From contig JNSE01000029.1 of the NCBI GenBank assembly GCA_000754455.1, positions 1 through 37,342 on the forward strand: a stretch of DNA of 37,342 nucleotides. Reading direction: 5' to 3'. This stretch comes from an actinobacterium acAMD-2. Lineage in GTDB: Bacteria > Actinomycetota > Actinomycetes > UBA12327. A model generated the notes under the pieces. That model did no database searches, was not told the origin of the DNA, and worked only from the letters and a program-made list of their open reading frames with translations. Below are positions 28,670 to 37,342 of the stretch, piece after piece. The translations under genes and the position numbers were made by a program. Positions within the stretch are counted from its first letter, which is position 1; each line of letters opens with the position of its first letter.

Positions 28670-28674
28670 AGCGG

Positions 28675-29754
28675 TTAGACGTAACGCTCAAGGATCGACG
28701 AGTCAGCTAAGCGGGACAAGCCTTCGCGTACCGTACGTGCCCGGTTTTCACCGACACCTTCCACAGCCTGCAAGTCATCGATGCTGGCGCCCAGCATCTT
28801 TTGCAAGGAGCCGAAGTGCTCCACGATGCGCTCGGCAACGGGTGCGGGCAGCCGCTGCACCTTGGAAAGCAACCGGAACCCGCGTGGGCTGAGCGGGAGT
28901 TCAAGGTCGGTGCCTGGGTGGCCCAGCGCCTTGGCTACCAAACTGAAGTCGAGGAGTTCCTCTGCCGAAAGCTCAGCCAAGGCGTCAAGTGAGGCTTGAA
29001 GTTTGCGGCTTCGCTTGCCAGTGCCGGGCAGGTAGTCACGGGCGATGAACTCGCGTTCGTTATCCATGCCGGCAGAGATTTCGTCATGCTGGAGTGACAA
29101 CAAGCGCCCATCAACTCCGAGTTCAATGATGTAACCACGAATTTCAGCCGCGATTCGCAACACCATTTCAATGCGCTGGGCCACCACAGCAACATCTCGG
29201 ATCGTGACGAAGTCGTCGATTTCCAGAGCGGTCAAGTTGCTCGCCACTTCGTTGAAGCGCTGCTTGTAACGCTCAAGCGTGGCTAGGGCTTGGTTCGCAC
29301 GAGACAAAATCGTGTCTGAATCCTCAAGTACATAGCGACGACCCGCAACATAGATGGCGATCATCTGCATGGACTGTGAAACCGAAATGACGGGGTAACC
29401 CGTTTGCTTGGCTACTCGCTCGGCCGTACGGTGGCGGGTACCTGTTTCGTCAGTGGTGATGCTGGGGTCAGGCACCAGCTGGGTGTTGGCCCACAAAATC
29501 TTTGAAGCAGCAGAGTCGATGACCATCGCCGCATCCATCTTGGCGAGTTCGCGCAGTTGCTGTGGCGAGAACGGCACGTCCAGAGCAAAGCCACCGCTGA
29601 GCAGACTGTCCATGCTCTTGTCGTAACCAAAGACAATCAGCGCACCGGTGCGGCCACGCAAAATGCGCTCAAGGCCATCGCGCAGTTCAGTTCCAGGGGC
29701 AACCGCGGCAAGGGTTTCACGAAGGACTAGTTCTTGGTCGATGTCACCGGCCAC
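28675..29754 (-). CDS. disA: DNA integrity scanning diadenylate cyclase DisA
   Basis: APGTELRDGLERIL, ETGTRHRTAER, SRANQALATLERY, C-terminal HhH; downstream of radA. The DGA motif reads DAA. Confidence 0.96.
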   Translation of the reverse strand: MAGDIDQELVLRETLAAVAPGTELRDGLERILRGRTGALIVFGYDKSMDSLLSGGFALDVPFSPQQLRELAKMDAAMVIDSAASKILWANTQLVPDPSITTDETGTRHRTAERVAKQTGYPVISVSQSMQMIAIYVAGRRYVLEDSDTILSRANQALATLERYKQRFNEVASNLTALEIDDFVTIRDVAVVAQRIEMVLRIAAEIRGYIIELGVDGRLLSLQHDEISAGMDNEREFIARDYLPGTGKRSRKLQASLDALAELSAEELLDFSLVAKALGHPGTDLELPLSPRGFRLLSKVQRLPAPVAERIVEHFGSLQKMLGASIDDLQAVEGVGENRARTVREGLSRLADSSILERYV

Positions 29755-29911
29755 GATGATGGGTCCTTCCCCTGTGCTGCGTTCCTTTTGTTGGACTATA
29801 GCCCTGCATTAAGCGCGGGTTCGACTCGGATGAAGGGAAATAACGAGAACATGTGCGCTGGTGTTTACGCGATGGTGTCATGGAAGACGTTGACTGTGGC
29901 GGGCGAGACTC

Positions 29912-31270
29912 TTAAGCGCTGGAAGCGGCCCGAATCGCAGTAGAAATGTCGCTGGCTTGCAGAACCTGCAGGCCGGTGGGGACCTGTGGCAAGTCACCGC
30001 TGGGAATGATGGCTTTGGTGAAGCCCAAGCGGTGAGCTTCGGCTAACCGCCGCTCCACACCGGCGATGGGGCGTAACTCACCGGACAAGCCCACCTCGCC
30101 CATGGCAACGAGCCCGGGGAGTAGAAGGCGATCGGTAGCCGCTGATGCGATGGCCAAGGCAACGGCTAAGTCCACTGCTGGCTCCTGGAGTTTGACTCCG
30201 CCGACAGTGGCAGCGAAAACATCGTGGGGTGCGAGGACGACACCACCGCGTCGTTCTAGGACGGCCAAGATCATGGCCGTTCGTGAGGAGTCCAGGCCGC
30301 TGGTCGTGCGTCGAGGTGAATTGAGCGCAGAGGGCCCGACGAGGGCTTGAACTTCGGCGACGAGGGGACGCCGGCCTTCGAGGGTGACGGTGACACAGGT
30401 TCCGGCAACAGGATCATCGCGTCGGCTGATGAACAATCCGCTGGGGTCAGGCAGTTCAACGATGCCGGTATCAATGAGTTCAAAACATCCCACTTCATCG
30501 GTCGGCCCGTAGCGGTTCTTGGCCGCTCGAATCATGCGCAGGCTGTGATCGCGGTCGCCTTCAAATTGCAACACCACATCAACCAGGTGCTCAAGTACGC
30601 GAGGTCCGGCGATGGTCCCGTCCTTGGTCACATGACCGACCAGAACCGTGGCGATGGTGCGTTCTTTGGCAATCCTGATTAAGGCTCCTGCCACTTCGCG
30701 GACTTGAGTGACACCACCAGCGGCACCATCGAAGTCTGCACTGGCGATGGTCTGAACCGAATCCACGATCAACAGGGTGGGGTTGACTGCATCTATGTGA
30801 GCAACGAGCGCAGAAAGGTCAGACTCAGCTGCCAAATACAACGAGTCAGCTAGGGCGTTGATACGTCCGGCCCGCAGACGTACCTGGGCTGTGGATTCCT
30901 CTCCGGTGATGTACAGGACCGTGCCACCGGCTCGCGCAGCTTGAGCCGCAACCTCCAAGAGCAAAGTGGATTTGCCGACGCCAGGTTCACCAGCGACGAG
31001 GACGACGGCACCTTCAACGAGGCCACCCCCCAACACGCGATCAAGTTCGCCCACACCAGTGGGCGTGGCTTTGGCTGACTCAATCCCGATTTGTCCGATC
31101 GGCAATGCGGGTTCAGTCACGGCACCAGCGCGTACTTCGCGCAGCTTGGGTGCGCCAACTTCCGCGACGGTGTTAAAACTTTGGCACTCACCGCATCGCC
31201 CAGCCCACTTCGATGTTTTCCAGCCACATTCGCTGCACGCGAAGGCGGGACGCGCCTTGGAGGTTGCCAT
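29912..31270 (-). CDS. radA: DNA repair protein RadA/Sms
   Basis: C4 zinc finger, GEPGVGKSTL, KNRYG, Lon-like C-terminal GEVGLSGELR. Confidence 0.98.
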   Translation of the reverse strand: MATSKARPAFACSECGWKTSKWAGRCGECQSFNTVAEVGAPKLREVRAGAVTEPALPIGQIGIESAKATPTGVGELDRVLGGGLVEGAVVLVAGEPGVGKSTLLLEVAAQAARAGGTVLYITGEESTAQVRLRAGRINALADSLYLAAESDLSALVAHIDAVNPTLLIVDSVQTIASADFDGAAGGVTQVREVAGALIRIAKERTIATVLVGHVTKDGTIAGPRVLEHLVDVVLQFEGDRDHSLRMIRAAKNRYGPTDEVGCFELIDTGIVELPDPSGLFISRRDDPVAGTCVTVTLEGRRPLVAEVQALVGPSALNSPRRTTSGLDSSRTAMILAVLERRGGVVLAPHDVFAATVGGVKLQEPAVDLAVALAIASAATDRLLLPGLVAMGEVGLSGELRPIAGVERRLAEAHRLGFTKAIIPSGDLPQVPTGLQVLQASDISTAIRAASSA

Positions 31271-31307
31271 GGCTAAAACCTAGGGCAGTCCCCTGACAAA
31301 GGGCTCG

Positions 31308-32057
31308 TTAACTCGGGTCAGCGGGGTGTGGCGCAATGAGCGGCAAAAGCGGCCGCACGGCTTTGATGGCTTCGCGCGCATCGCAGAGCTCAACCAACTT
31401 CTTGTAGGCCTTCTTGCCTAGCAATTCGGTGAGCTCGTCCTTCGATGAGAGGTAAAGAGGCTGGGTGGCTTGGTGGGCTTCGGGGTTTCCGGTGCAATAC
31501 CAATCAAAATCGTGTCCGCCATCGCCCCAGCCAGGGCGGTCGTACTCGCCGATGACCATGACGTTGCGCTCATCGCCGTTGGCCAATTCGACGGTGTCGT
31601 AGGTGCGACGAATGGGGAGTTGCCAGCAGACATCAGGCTTGGTCTCGACGTGGCTTACACCTTTAGCTGCCGCCAGGTGGTGCAGCGCGCAGCCGCCGCC
31701 GCCAGCAAAGTCGGGGTCGTTGTTGAAGATGCAGGCGCCATCAACAACGCGCGTCTTGCGATCGCCGTCTTCGTCTTTTTCAACCCATTGCTCGGCCTGG
31801 CGCTGCCACATCTCAGGGGTGAGTTCGGCCACTGCTTTTTTCACTCGTTTTTCATCGGACTTCGCACTGAAGTGCGCACCGTGAACACAACAGCCCGAGT
31901 CGGGCATCGATGCATCGATCCCCTTGCAACCGTTACCAAAGATGCAGGAAAAGCGAGACGTGAGCCACGTGAGGTCAGCACGAATCAGCTGATCCTCGTC
32001 AGCGGGATCAAAGAACTCCACCCATTCACGGGGGAATGTCAACGGAACCTCAGGCAC
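31308..32057 (-). CDS. Conserved Cys-rich protein, probable metal/Fe-S cluster binder (Rv0495c-like)
   Basis: C-x5-[24 protein letters not shown]; divergent from ppx. Confidence 0.75.
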   Translation of the reverse strand: MPEVPLTFPREWVEFFDPADEDQLIRADLTWLTSRFSCIFGNGCKGIDASMPDSGCCVHGAHFSAKSDEKRVKKAVAELTPEMWQRQAEQWVEKDEDGDRKTRVVDGACIFNNDPDFAGGGGCALHHLAAAKGVSHVETKPDVCWQLPIRRTYDTVELANGDERNVMVIGEYDRPGWGDGGHDFDWYCTGNPEAHQATQPLYLSSKDELTELLGKKAYKKLVELCDAREAIKAVRPLLPLIAPHPADPS

Positions 32058-32107
32058 GCGGACACCTTACGCGGTTAATCGCGGGAGTGGAAGGTAGCGT
32101 CAGACAT

Positions 32108-33052
32108 GTGCGATTAGGAGTGCTCGATATCGGATCAAATACGGTCCACCTGTTGATCGTTGACGCCTATCACGGGGCGGCTCCTGTGGCGACGGCCTCG
32201 CACAAGCTGGAATTGCGTCTATCCGAGCACGTTGACGCCGATGGGTCCATTGACGAGCCCGGAGTCGACTCGCTGATCTTCTTCGTTCGCGAAGCGTGTG
32301 AGTTTGCCGAGGAAGAGGGCGCTGAAACGGTCGTGGCCTTTGCGACCTCGGCCATGCGCGATGCACCCAATGGTCGCGCAGTGCTCAAAAAGGTGCAGCA
32401 AGCAAGCGGCGTGGAAGTTGCTGTCTTGTCCGGTGATGATGAGGCACGGACCACATTTCTGGCTGTGCGACGGTGGTTCGGCTGGTCTTCGGGTGAACTT
32501 TTCGTTGCCGACATCGGTGGTGGATCGTTGGAACTCGCCCTCGGCGCGGACGAAGAGCCTGCGATTGGCTTGTCATTACCCCTTGGTGCAGGTCGACTCA
32601 CTCGGCAGTTTGGTAAAGCTGGCGAAGTGGACTTCAAGGGTCTGCAAGCGATGAAGCGATTTGTTGACGATGAAGTCGGCACTGTTGTTGATAAATTCGC
32701 GGAACAAGAACTCGTTCGTCATTTCGTTGCGACATCAAAATCTTTTCGCCAGTTGGCTCGAATTAACGGTGCACCGCCGAGCTCGGAGGGGCACCACATC
32801 AGTCGGTTGCTCAAGCGCAGCGGTCTGGATGGCATGGCCGAGCGCTTGGTTGACATGCCATTGGATGAACGCGCGAAGTTGCCCGGGGTTTCTCGCGGAC
32901 GAGCCCAGCAATTGCCTGCCGCTGCGGTAGTGGCCCAGAGTGTGATGAACGCCTTCGGCATTGATGCCTTCGAGTTGTGCCCGTGGGCCCTGCGAGAAGG
33001 CATGATTTTGCAGTATCTGGACGCAATGCCTGTGCAACACCACCGTGCATAG
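32108..33052 (+). CDS. Ppx/GppA family exopolyphosphatase
   Basis: RLGVLDIGSNT, ATSAMR, DIGGGSLE, WALREG. GTG 32108 lies 7 nt after TAGCGT. Confidence 0.93.
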   Translation: MRLGVLDIGSNTVHLLIVDAYHGAAPVATASHKLELRLSEHVDADGSIDEPGVDSLIFFVREACEFAEEEGAETVVAFATSAMRDAPNGRAVLKKVQQASGVEVAVLSGDDEARTTFLAVRRWFGWSSGELFVADIGGGSLELALGADEEPAIGLSLPLGAGRLTRQFGKAGEVDFKGLQAMKRFVDDEVGTVVDKFAEQELVRHFVATSKSFRQLARINGAPPSSEGHHISRLLKRSGLDGMAERLVDMPLDERAKLPGVSRGRAQQLPAAAVVAQSVMNAFGIDAFELCPWALREGMILQYLDAMPVQHHRA

Positions 33053-33106
33053 CATTTCCAGTGTCAAGATAGAAATCCTGATCGAACGGCGACCAAAGGA
33101 CACCTT

Positions 33107-33901
33107 GTGAATCAACTGACCTTCGTGGGTGGCGGTCGCATGGGGGAGGCGCTCATTGCCGGTGCCTTGCGGGGAAGTTTTATGCCAGCCGACATTTCGG
33201 TGGTCGAGCCCGATGGCGCACGCGCGCAGATCCTTACTCAGTCCTATGGTGTTGAGGTCTCGGCCGATCCGTCATCAATTGCTCGCGCATCCGTTGTAGT
33301 TTTAGCTGTCAAGCCTCAAGTACTCATGCAGGTGTGTGAACAACTCGCTCCACATCTTTCACCCAACACATTGATCATCTCGATTGCAGCCGGCGTACGA
33401 ACTAGTGCGTTGGAAGCGGCTTTGCCACCGGGCCTCGCGGTGGTCCGCGTGATGCCTAACACCCCTGCTTTCGTCAATGAAGGGATGAGCGTCCTGAGTG
33501 CCGGCTCGCAAGCCTCTGAGGCAGACATGGCGCGCGTTCGCGAACTATTTGAGCCGGTCGGAAAAGTTCTCGTTGTCGATGAGTCGGATCAAGATGCTGT
33601 CACCGCGATTAGCGGAAGTGGTCCGGCGTATTTCTTTTTCCTGGTGGAGGCCATGGAGGCCGCGGCGGTGGGGCTGGGGCTCTCACCAGAGGTTGCCCAT
33701 GTGTTGGCGGTTCAAACGGCCCGCGGCGCAGGAGTGATGGTGAGCCAAAGCGCTGCCTCTCCGGAAACGTTGCGGCACAACGTGACGTCGCCCGGTGGCA
33801 CGACGGCCGCTGCTATCGCTCAACTCGACGATCACCAGGTCAAGCAGGCTGTTGAGAGTGCAGTCAGGGCTGCACATCAACGTTCCATTGAGCTGTCCTG
33901 A
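33107..33901 (+). CDS. proC: Pyrroline-5-carboxylate reductase
   Basis: GGGRMG, AVKPQ, RVMPNTP, SGSGPAY, VTSPGGTT. Confidence 0.97.
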   Translation: MNQLTFVGGGRMGEALIAGALRGSFMPADISVVEPDGARAQILTQSYGVEVSADPSSIARASVVVLAVKPQVLMQVCEQLAPHLSPNTLIISIAAGVRTSALEAALPPGLAVVRVMPNTPAFVNEGMSVLSAGSQASEADMARVRELFEPVGKVLVVDESDQDAVTAISGSGPAYFFFLVEAMEAAAVGLGLSPEVAHVLAVQTARGAGVMVSQSAASPETLRHNVTSPGGTTAAAIAQLDDHQVKQAVESAVRAAHQRSIELS

Positions 33902-33967
33902 ACCGCACGTGACCTAGGCCACCGCTGTGAACGCGCGAGCGCGTCATCCCCTGCCTACGATGGGGTA

Positions 33968-35305
33968 GTGAAAACACATCGTTTGGGATTTGTTGTGGTG
34001 GTTGCTGTCCTAGCCCTGGCAGGGTGTGGCGCAAATCAAGACACCGGTATTGAAACCGGTTCCGTCATCACGAGTTCGGTGTCGGAATCTGTTGAAGCCG
34101 CCGGTTCAATTTCGGCAAAAGCGGTCGTGACCATTTCCAGCCCTGCCTCGGGAACGATCGGCCAACTGTTTGTTCGCGACGGACAAAAGGTGCGTAAGGG
34201 CCAAAAGCTGGCCGTTATTTCTTCGCCTTCTACGCAAAAGCAGCTAGCGCAAGCGCAGTCTGCAGCGCAGTCCTCGTCCGTTTCCATCCCGACGCCAACC
34301 GCTACTCCTGCAGCAACCGCACTGGCCCAGGCCGATGCGACGGCGAATGCTGCTTTTGATGCGGCACAAACGGCGATTGATGCCCTCCCAGCCGGACCGG
34401 CCAAAACTCAAGCACAAACTGCGCTCGCGCAAGCCAAAGCTCAATACGCCTTAGCGCGCGTGCAAGTTAGCTCCACGACGTCGTCAACCAATGATGCACT
34501 CACGAATGCTCTGGCATCCATCTCACAACTTGTTAACGCGCAAGGAGGGACCGCTGACCTCGCAGTAACTGCTGCTCGCGATGCGGTCAAAGCTCTGACC
34601 ATTCGAGCGCCCATTTCCGGCATCGTCACCTTTGACGCGGTGGCGAATGCAAGTTCAAGTGTTGCGTCTGGTGTCTTGAGTCAGCTACCCAGTTCACTTC
34701 AAGGTCTGGCCTCAAGCGTCCTTGGCGGCGGCGGTGGCAGTTCGGCCTCGTCGAGTGGGTCTTTGATTAAGGGGTTACCGGTGTCTTCGGGCCAACCATT
34801 GTTGACGCTGACCGATGTAGCCGGCTTGACCTTGACAACGCAGGTTGATGAAACTGACATCTTGCTCGTCAAGACTGGAATTAGGGCCAACGTGCAGTTA
34901 GACGCGGTTCCCGATGCGACCTATAAAGGACGCGTCACCAGTGTGGGCGTGACTCCGTCAACGTCATCGCGTGGCGGGGTCTCGTATGTCGTGCGGTTGT
35001 CGTTTGGCAGCGGAACTACTGCCGAGGGGCTACGTGCCCCACGGCCGTTACCAGGTATGAGTGCGGTCGCTCAATTGCAGGTACGTACGGATCGGGCTGC
35101 TATCTCGGTTCCTGCGTCGGCGGTTTTCCGTGATCAGGGATCTGACTCGGTGTGGATCGTGGTGGATGGCGTTGCCAAGAAGCGGGTCGTGCGTTTGGGT
35201 GCGCAAGGCGCCGACACGATCGCGATTGCTTCTGGATTGAAGGTAGGCGACACGATTGTGATTCGCGGTGCTGATCGTGTGCGCGAGGGCCAGTCACTTT
35301 CATGA
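33968..35305 (+). CDS. Lipoprotein membrane-fusion/adaptor subunit (MacA/YknX-like)
   Basis: Lipobox LAGC, lipoyl halves (SPASGTI..G..V.KGQ; IRAPISGIV), Ala/Gln-rich hairpin, VDETDI, PGMSA, C-terminal GLKVGD. Confidence 0.85.
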   Translation: MKTHRLGFVVVVAVLALAGCGANQDTGIETGSVITSSVSESVEAAGSISAKAVVTISSPASGTIGQLFVRDGQKVRKGQKLAVISSPSTQKQLAQAQSAAQSSSVSIPTPTATPAATALAQADATANAAFDAAQTAIDALPAGPAKTQAQTALAQAKAQYALARVQVSSTTSSTNDALTNALASISQLVNAQGGTADLAVTAARDAVKALTIRAPISGIVTFDAVANASSSVASGVLSQLPSSLQGLASSVLGGGGGSSASSSGSLIKGLPVSSGQPLLTLTDVAGLTLTTQVDETDILLVKTGIRANVQLDAVPDATYKGRVTSVGVTPSTSSRGGVSYVVRLSFGSGTTAEGLRAPRPLPGMSAVAQLQVRTDRAAISVPASAVFRDQGSDSVWIVVDGVAKKRVVRLGAQGADTIAIASGLKVGDTIVIRGADRVREGQSLS

Positions 35306-36024
35306 GCGAGCCCGCAGTTGAGGCAATTGACGTCACGCGTTCCTATGAACTTGAAGGTGGCGTAGTCGTTAATGCTCTCCGCGGAGTCTCGTTACGCATT
35401 GATACGGGTGAATATGCAGCCATCATTGGACCGTCGGGTTCAGGCAAATCGACTCTGATGCACCTGTTGGGCTGCCTGGATCGCCCAACTACCGGTGCGT
35501 TGCGCATTGCCGGTACCGATGTCTCCAGTTTGGATGACACTCAACTGGCCCAACTGCGCAATGAAACGATTGGTTTTGTCTTCCAGTCGTTCCAACTACT
35601 GCCACGTATTAGCGCTACGGCCAATGTGGCTATGCCGTTGGTGTACCGAGGCACCAGTCGTGCTGAACGTATTGAGCGGGCCCGGACAGCATTGGAGTCA
35701 GTGGGGTTAGGGCATCGCCTTGACCATCGACCCACCCAACTCTCTGGTGGTGAGCAACAACGCGTAGCTATTGCCCGAGCACTTGTTTCGCAACCCACGC
35801 TGTTGCTCGCTGACGAACCGACTGGCAACTTGGATACGCAAAGTGGCGTCGATGTGATGCATTTACTCGAGCAGCTGAACACCGATCACGGTGTTGCCGT
35901 GATTTTGGTGACACATGACCACGAGGTAGCGGCTCGTGCTCGACGTCGGATTCGTATTCGGGACGGCTTGATTGAGTCCGATGATGGCGCACACTCGGTC
36001 GCTGATCAATCGGTGGCGCCATGA
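35302..36024 (+). CDS. ABC transporter ATP-binding protein (MacB/LolD-like)
   Basis: [45 protein letters not shown]. Confidence 0.95.
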   Translation: MSEPAVEAIDVTRSYELEGGVVVNALRGVSLRIDTGEYAAIIGPSGSGKSTLMHLLGCLDRPTTGALRIAGTDVSSLDDTQLAQLRNETIGFVFQSFQLLPRISATANVAMPLVYRGTSRAERIERARTALESVGLGHRLDHRPTQLSGGEQQRVAIARALVSQPTLLLADEPTGNLDTQSGVDVMHLLEQLNTDHGVAVILVTHDHEVAARARRRIRIRDGLIESDDGAHSVADQSVAP

Positions 36025-37205
36025 GGTTCGCTGAAGCTTTTCGGGTCGCTCTTGATGCTCTGCGTGCTAATCGCCTGCGCAGCATTTTGACCATGCTGGG
36101 TGTGATTATCGGTGTCGCTGCCGTGGTGATCTTGGTGGCCATTGGTTCGGGAGCAAAAGCTGAAGTAGAAAAGCAGGTAGAGGGCCTGGGCTCAAACCTG
36201 ATTCTTGTAGTGCCCGGGAGTTTGGAGATTGGGGGAGCACCGTCAGCTAGTCGCCTGGAGTTAACCGATGTTGAGTTGTTGGGACGAGCGGTCGGAGATG
36301 CCAGCGCGGTTGCCACCACTGTTCAGTCAGGCGAATTGGTCCGGGTGGGCGACAAGGAAGTCTTCACCACGATTAATGGCACCAATGAAACCGTGGTTAA
36401 TGTCTTTGATCGCCCCATCGCACGCGGGCGTTACATCTCGGCCGCCGATGTGGATACTCGGCGACGCGTTGCTGTCTTGGGCTCATCGTCTGCGCGCAAG
36501 CTCTTCGGCGATGTGGACCCGATCGGGCGGCAAGTCACTATCGCTGGCGTGCGTTTTCGCATTATCGGCACTTTTGTTGATGTCGGCTCAACGTTTGGTG
36601 TCGACCGTAATGCTGAAATCCACGTGCCAGTCACGTCAGCGCAACGACTCTTTGGTGTCGAGCGCATTGATGCGCTCGCGGTAAAGGCTCCAACCATCGA
36701 CAGTATTCCGGCGATCCAAAAGCGCATTCTTGATGCGTTGGCTGAGAAATACCCAGGAGACAAATTCTCGGCTGTTACGCAAACTCAAATCTTGGGCACC
36801 ATTGGACAGATTCTCGGACTGCTCACCTTGGTGCTAGCGGCTATTGCCGCGATTTCCTTGCTGGTAGGTGGCGTCGGGGTGTCCAACATCATGCTGGTGT
36901 CAGTGCGCGAACGTACCCGCGAGATTGGCTTGCGGAAAGCCTTGGGTGCTCGCCAGCGCGACATCCTCGTGCAATTCCTGATTGAGGCAGTCCTCTTGAC
37001 CTCCATCGGTGGGCTGATCGGGATTGCGCTGGGAGTGGGTGCATCGCTTGCGGCCTCGGCCCTGTCCCCATTGCCGGCCGAGATTTCGTGGTGGTCACCT
37101 CTGCTGGCCTTTGGGGTATCGGCAGCGGTGGGAATCTTCTTTGGTGTGGCGCCAGCGCGTCGAGCAGGTCGCCTGGACCCTGTGGTGGCATTGCGCACGG
37201 AGTAG
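36021..37205 (+). CDS. ABC transporter permease (MacB/FtsX-like)
   Basis: RSILTMLGVIIGV, GGVGVSNIMLVSVRERTREIGLRKALGA, PARRA.RLDPV.ALR.E. Confidence 0.95.
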   Translation: MRFAEAFRVALDALRANRLRSILTMLGVIIGVAAVVILVAIGSGAKAEVEKQVEGLGSNLILVVPGSLEIGGAPSASRLELTDVELLGRAVGDASAVATTVQSGELVRVGDKEVFTTINGTNETVVNVFDRPIARGRYISAADVDTRRRVAVLGSSSARKLFGDVDPIGRQVTIAGVRFRIIGTFVDVGSTFGVDRNAEIHVPVTSAQRLFGVERIDALAVKAPTIDSIPAIQKRILDALAEKYPGDKFSAVTQTQILGTIGQILGLLTLVLAAIAAISLLVGGVGVSNIMLVSVRERTREIGLRKALGARQRDILVQFLIEAVLLTSIGGLIGIALGVGASLAASALSPLPAEISWWSPLLAFGVSAAVGIFFGVAPARRAGRLDPVVALRTE

Positions 37206-37215
37206 CGTTGGTTCA

Positions 37216-37342
37216 ATGAGTGAGTCAGTCGCGATTGTGTGGGATGACGCGATGGTCGCCTATGACTTTGGTCGTGGCCATCCGCTGTCGCCCATTCGCG
37301 TTCGCTTGACCATGGATCTTGCGCATCAGTTGGGATTGCTTG
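37216..37342 (+). CDS. acuC: Acetoin utilization protein AcuC / histone-deacetylase family, 3'-truncated by the window edge (not in the ORF track)
   Basis: Translated by hand: MSESVAIVWDDAMVAYDFGRGHPLSPIRVRLTMDLAHQLGLL. YDFG..HP..P.R is the AcuC N-terminal signature. Confidence 0.8.
   Translation, partial: MSESVAIVWDDAMVAYDFGRGHPLSPIRVRLTMDLAHQLGLL

Noticed and set aside
29755-29911. 157-bp radA-disA gap as a possible ncRNA/riboswitch or small ORF
   Set aside because: It contains a plausible -10 (TATAGT, minus strand) and a purine-rich RBS for disA; I found no convincing structure or coding signal.
34240-34760. Low-complexity Ala/Gln/Ser/Gly stretch as a possible tandem repeat
   Set aside because: No nucleotide-level periodicity seen; explained by the adaptor's coiled coil and linker.
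1-37342. CRISPR arrays, tRNA/rRNA, IS elements, prophage or defence genes
   Set aside because: All intergenic gaps are short (under ~170 bp), no repeat-spacer periodicity or cloverleaf was seen, and no ORF has transposase, integrase or phage motifs.

Overview
Core chromosomal segment of an actinobacterium (Actinomycetota, moderately high GC; gene content is compatible with an aquatic/free-living lineage, which is an inference). The order is the conserved actinobacterial run ftsH-folE-folP-folB-folK-DUF3180, then an orphan nuoD-like gene paired with a MidA/NDUFAF7-like methyltransferase, then DUF2520(panG-like)-panC-nadB-nadC-coaX-lysS-argA(GNAT). Next comes a ~7.5 kb accessory cell-surface glycopolymer island: Stealth phosphotransferase, GT2, two CDP-alcohol phosphotransferases, an sn-glycerol-1-phosphate dehydrogenase-like enzyme, a cytidylyltransferase and a Wzm/Wzt-type ABC exporter. 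It is followed by a heliorhodopsin, clpC, an SDR, mutY, a membrane protein, disA, radA, a Cys-rich protein, ppx, proC, a MacAB-like ABC system and the start of acuC. No rRNA, tRNA, CRISPR or transposase was seen. Best leads: (1) the G1P-dehydrogenase/cytidylyltransferase/CDP-alcohol phosphotransferase polymer island, which carries two frameshifting micro-deletions; (2) a heliorhodopsin with a natural His23->Phe change; (3) the stand-alone NuoD + arginine-methyltransferase pair; (4) a double-bulged-A hairpin in the pan/nad operon leader; (5) DisA with DAA in place of the DGA catalytic motif. All family assignments come from motif recognition by eye; no database search was run.
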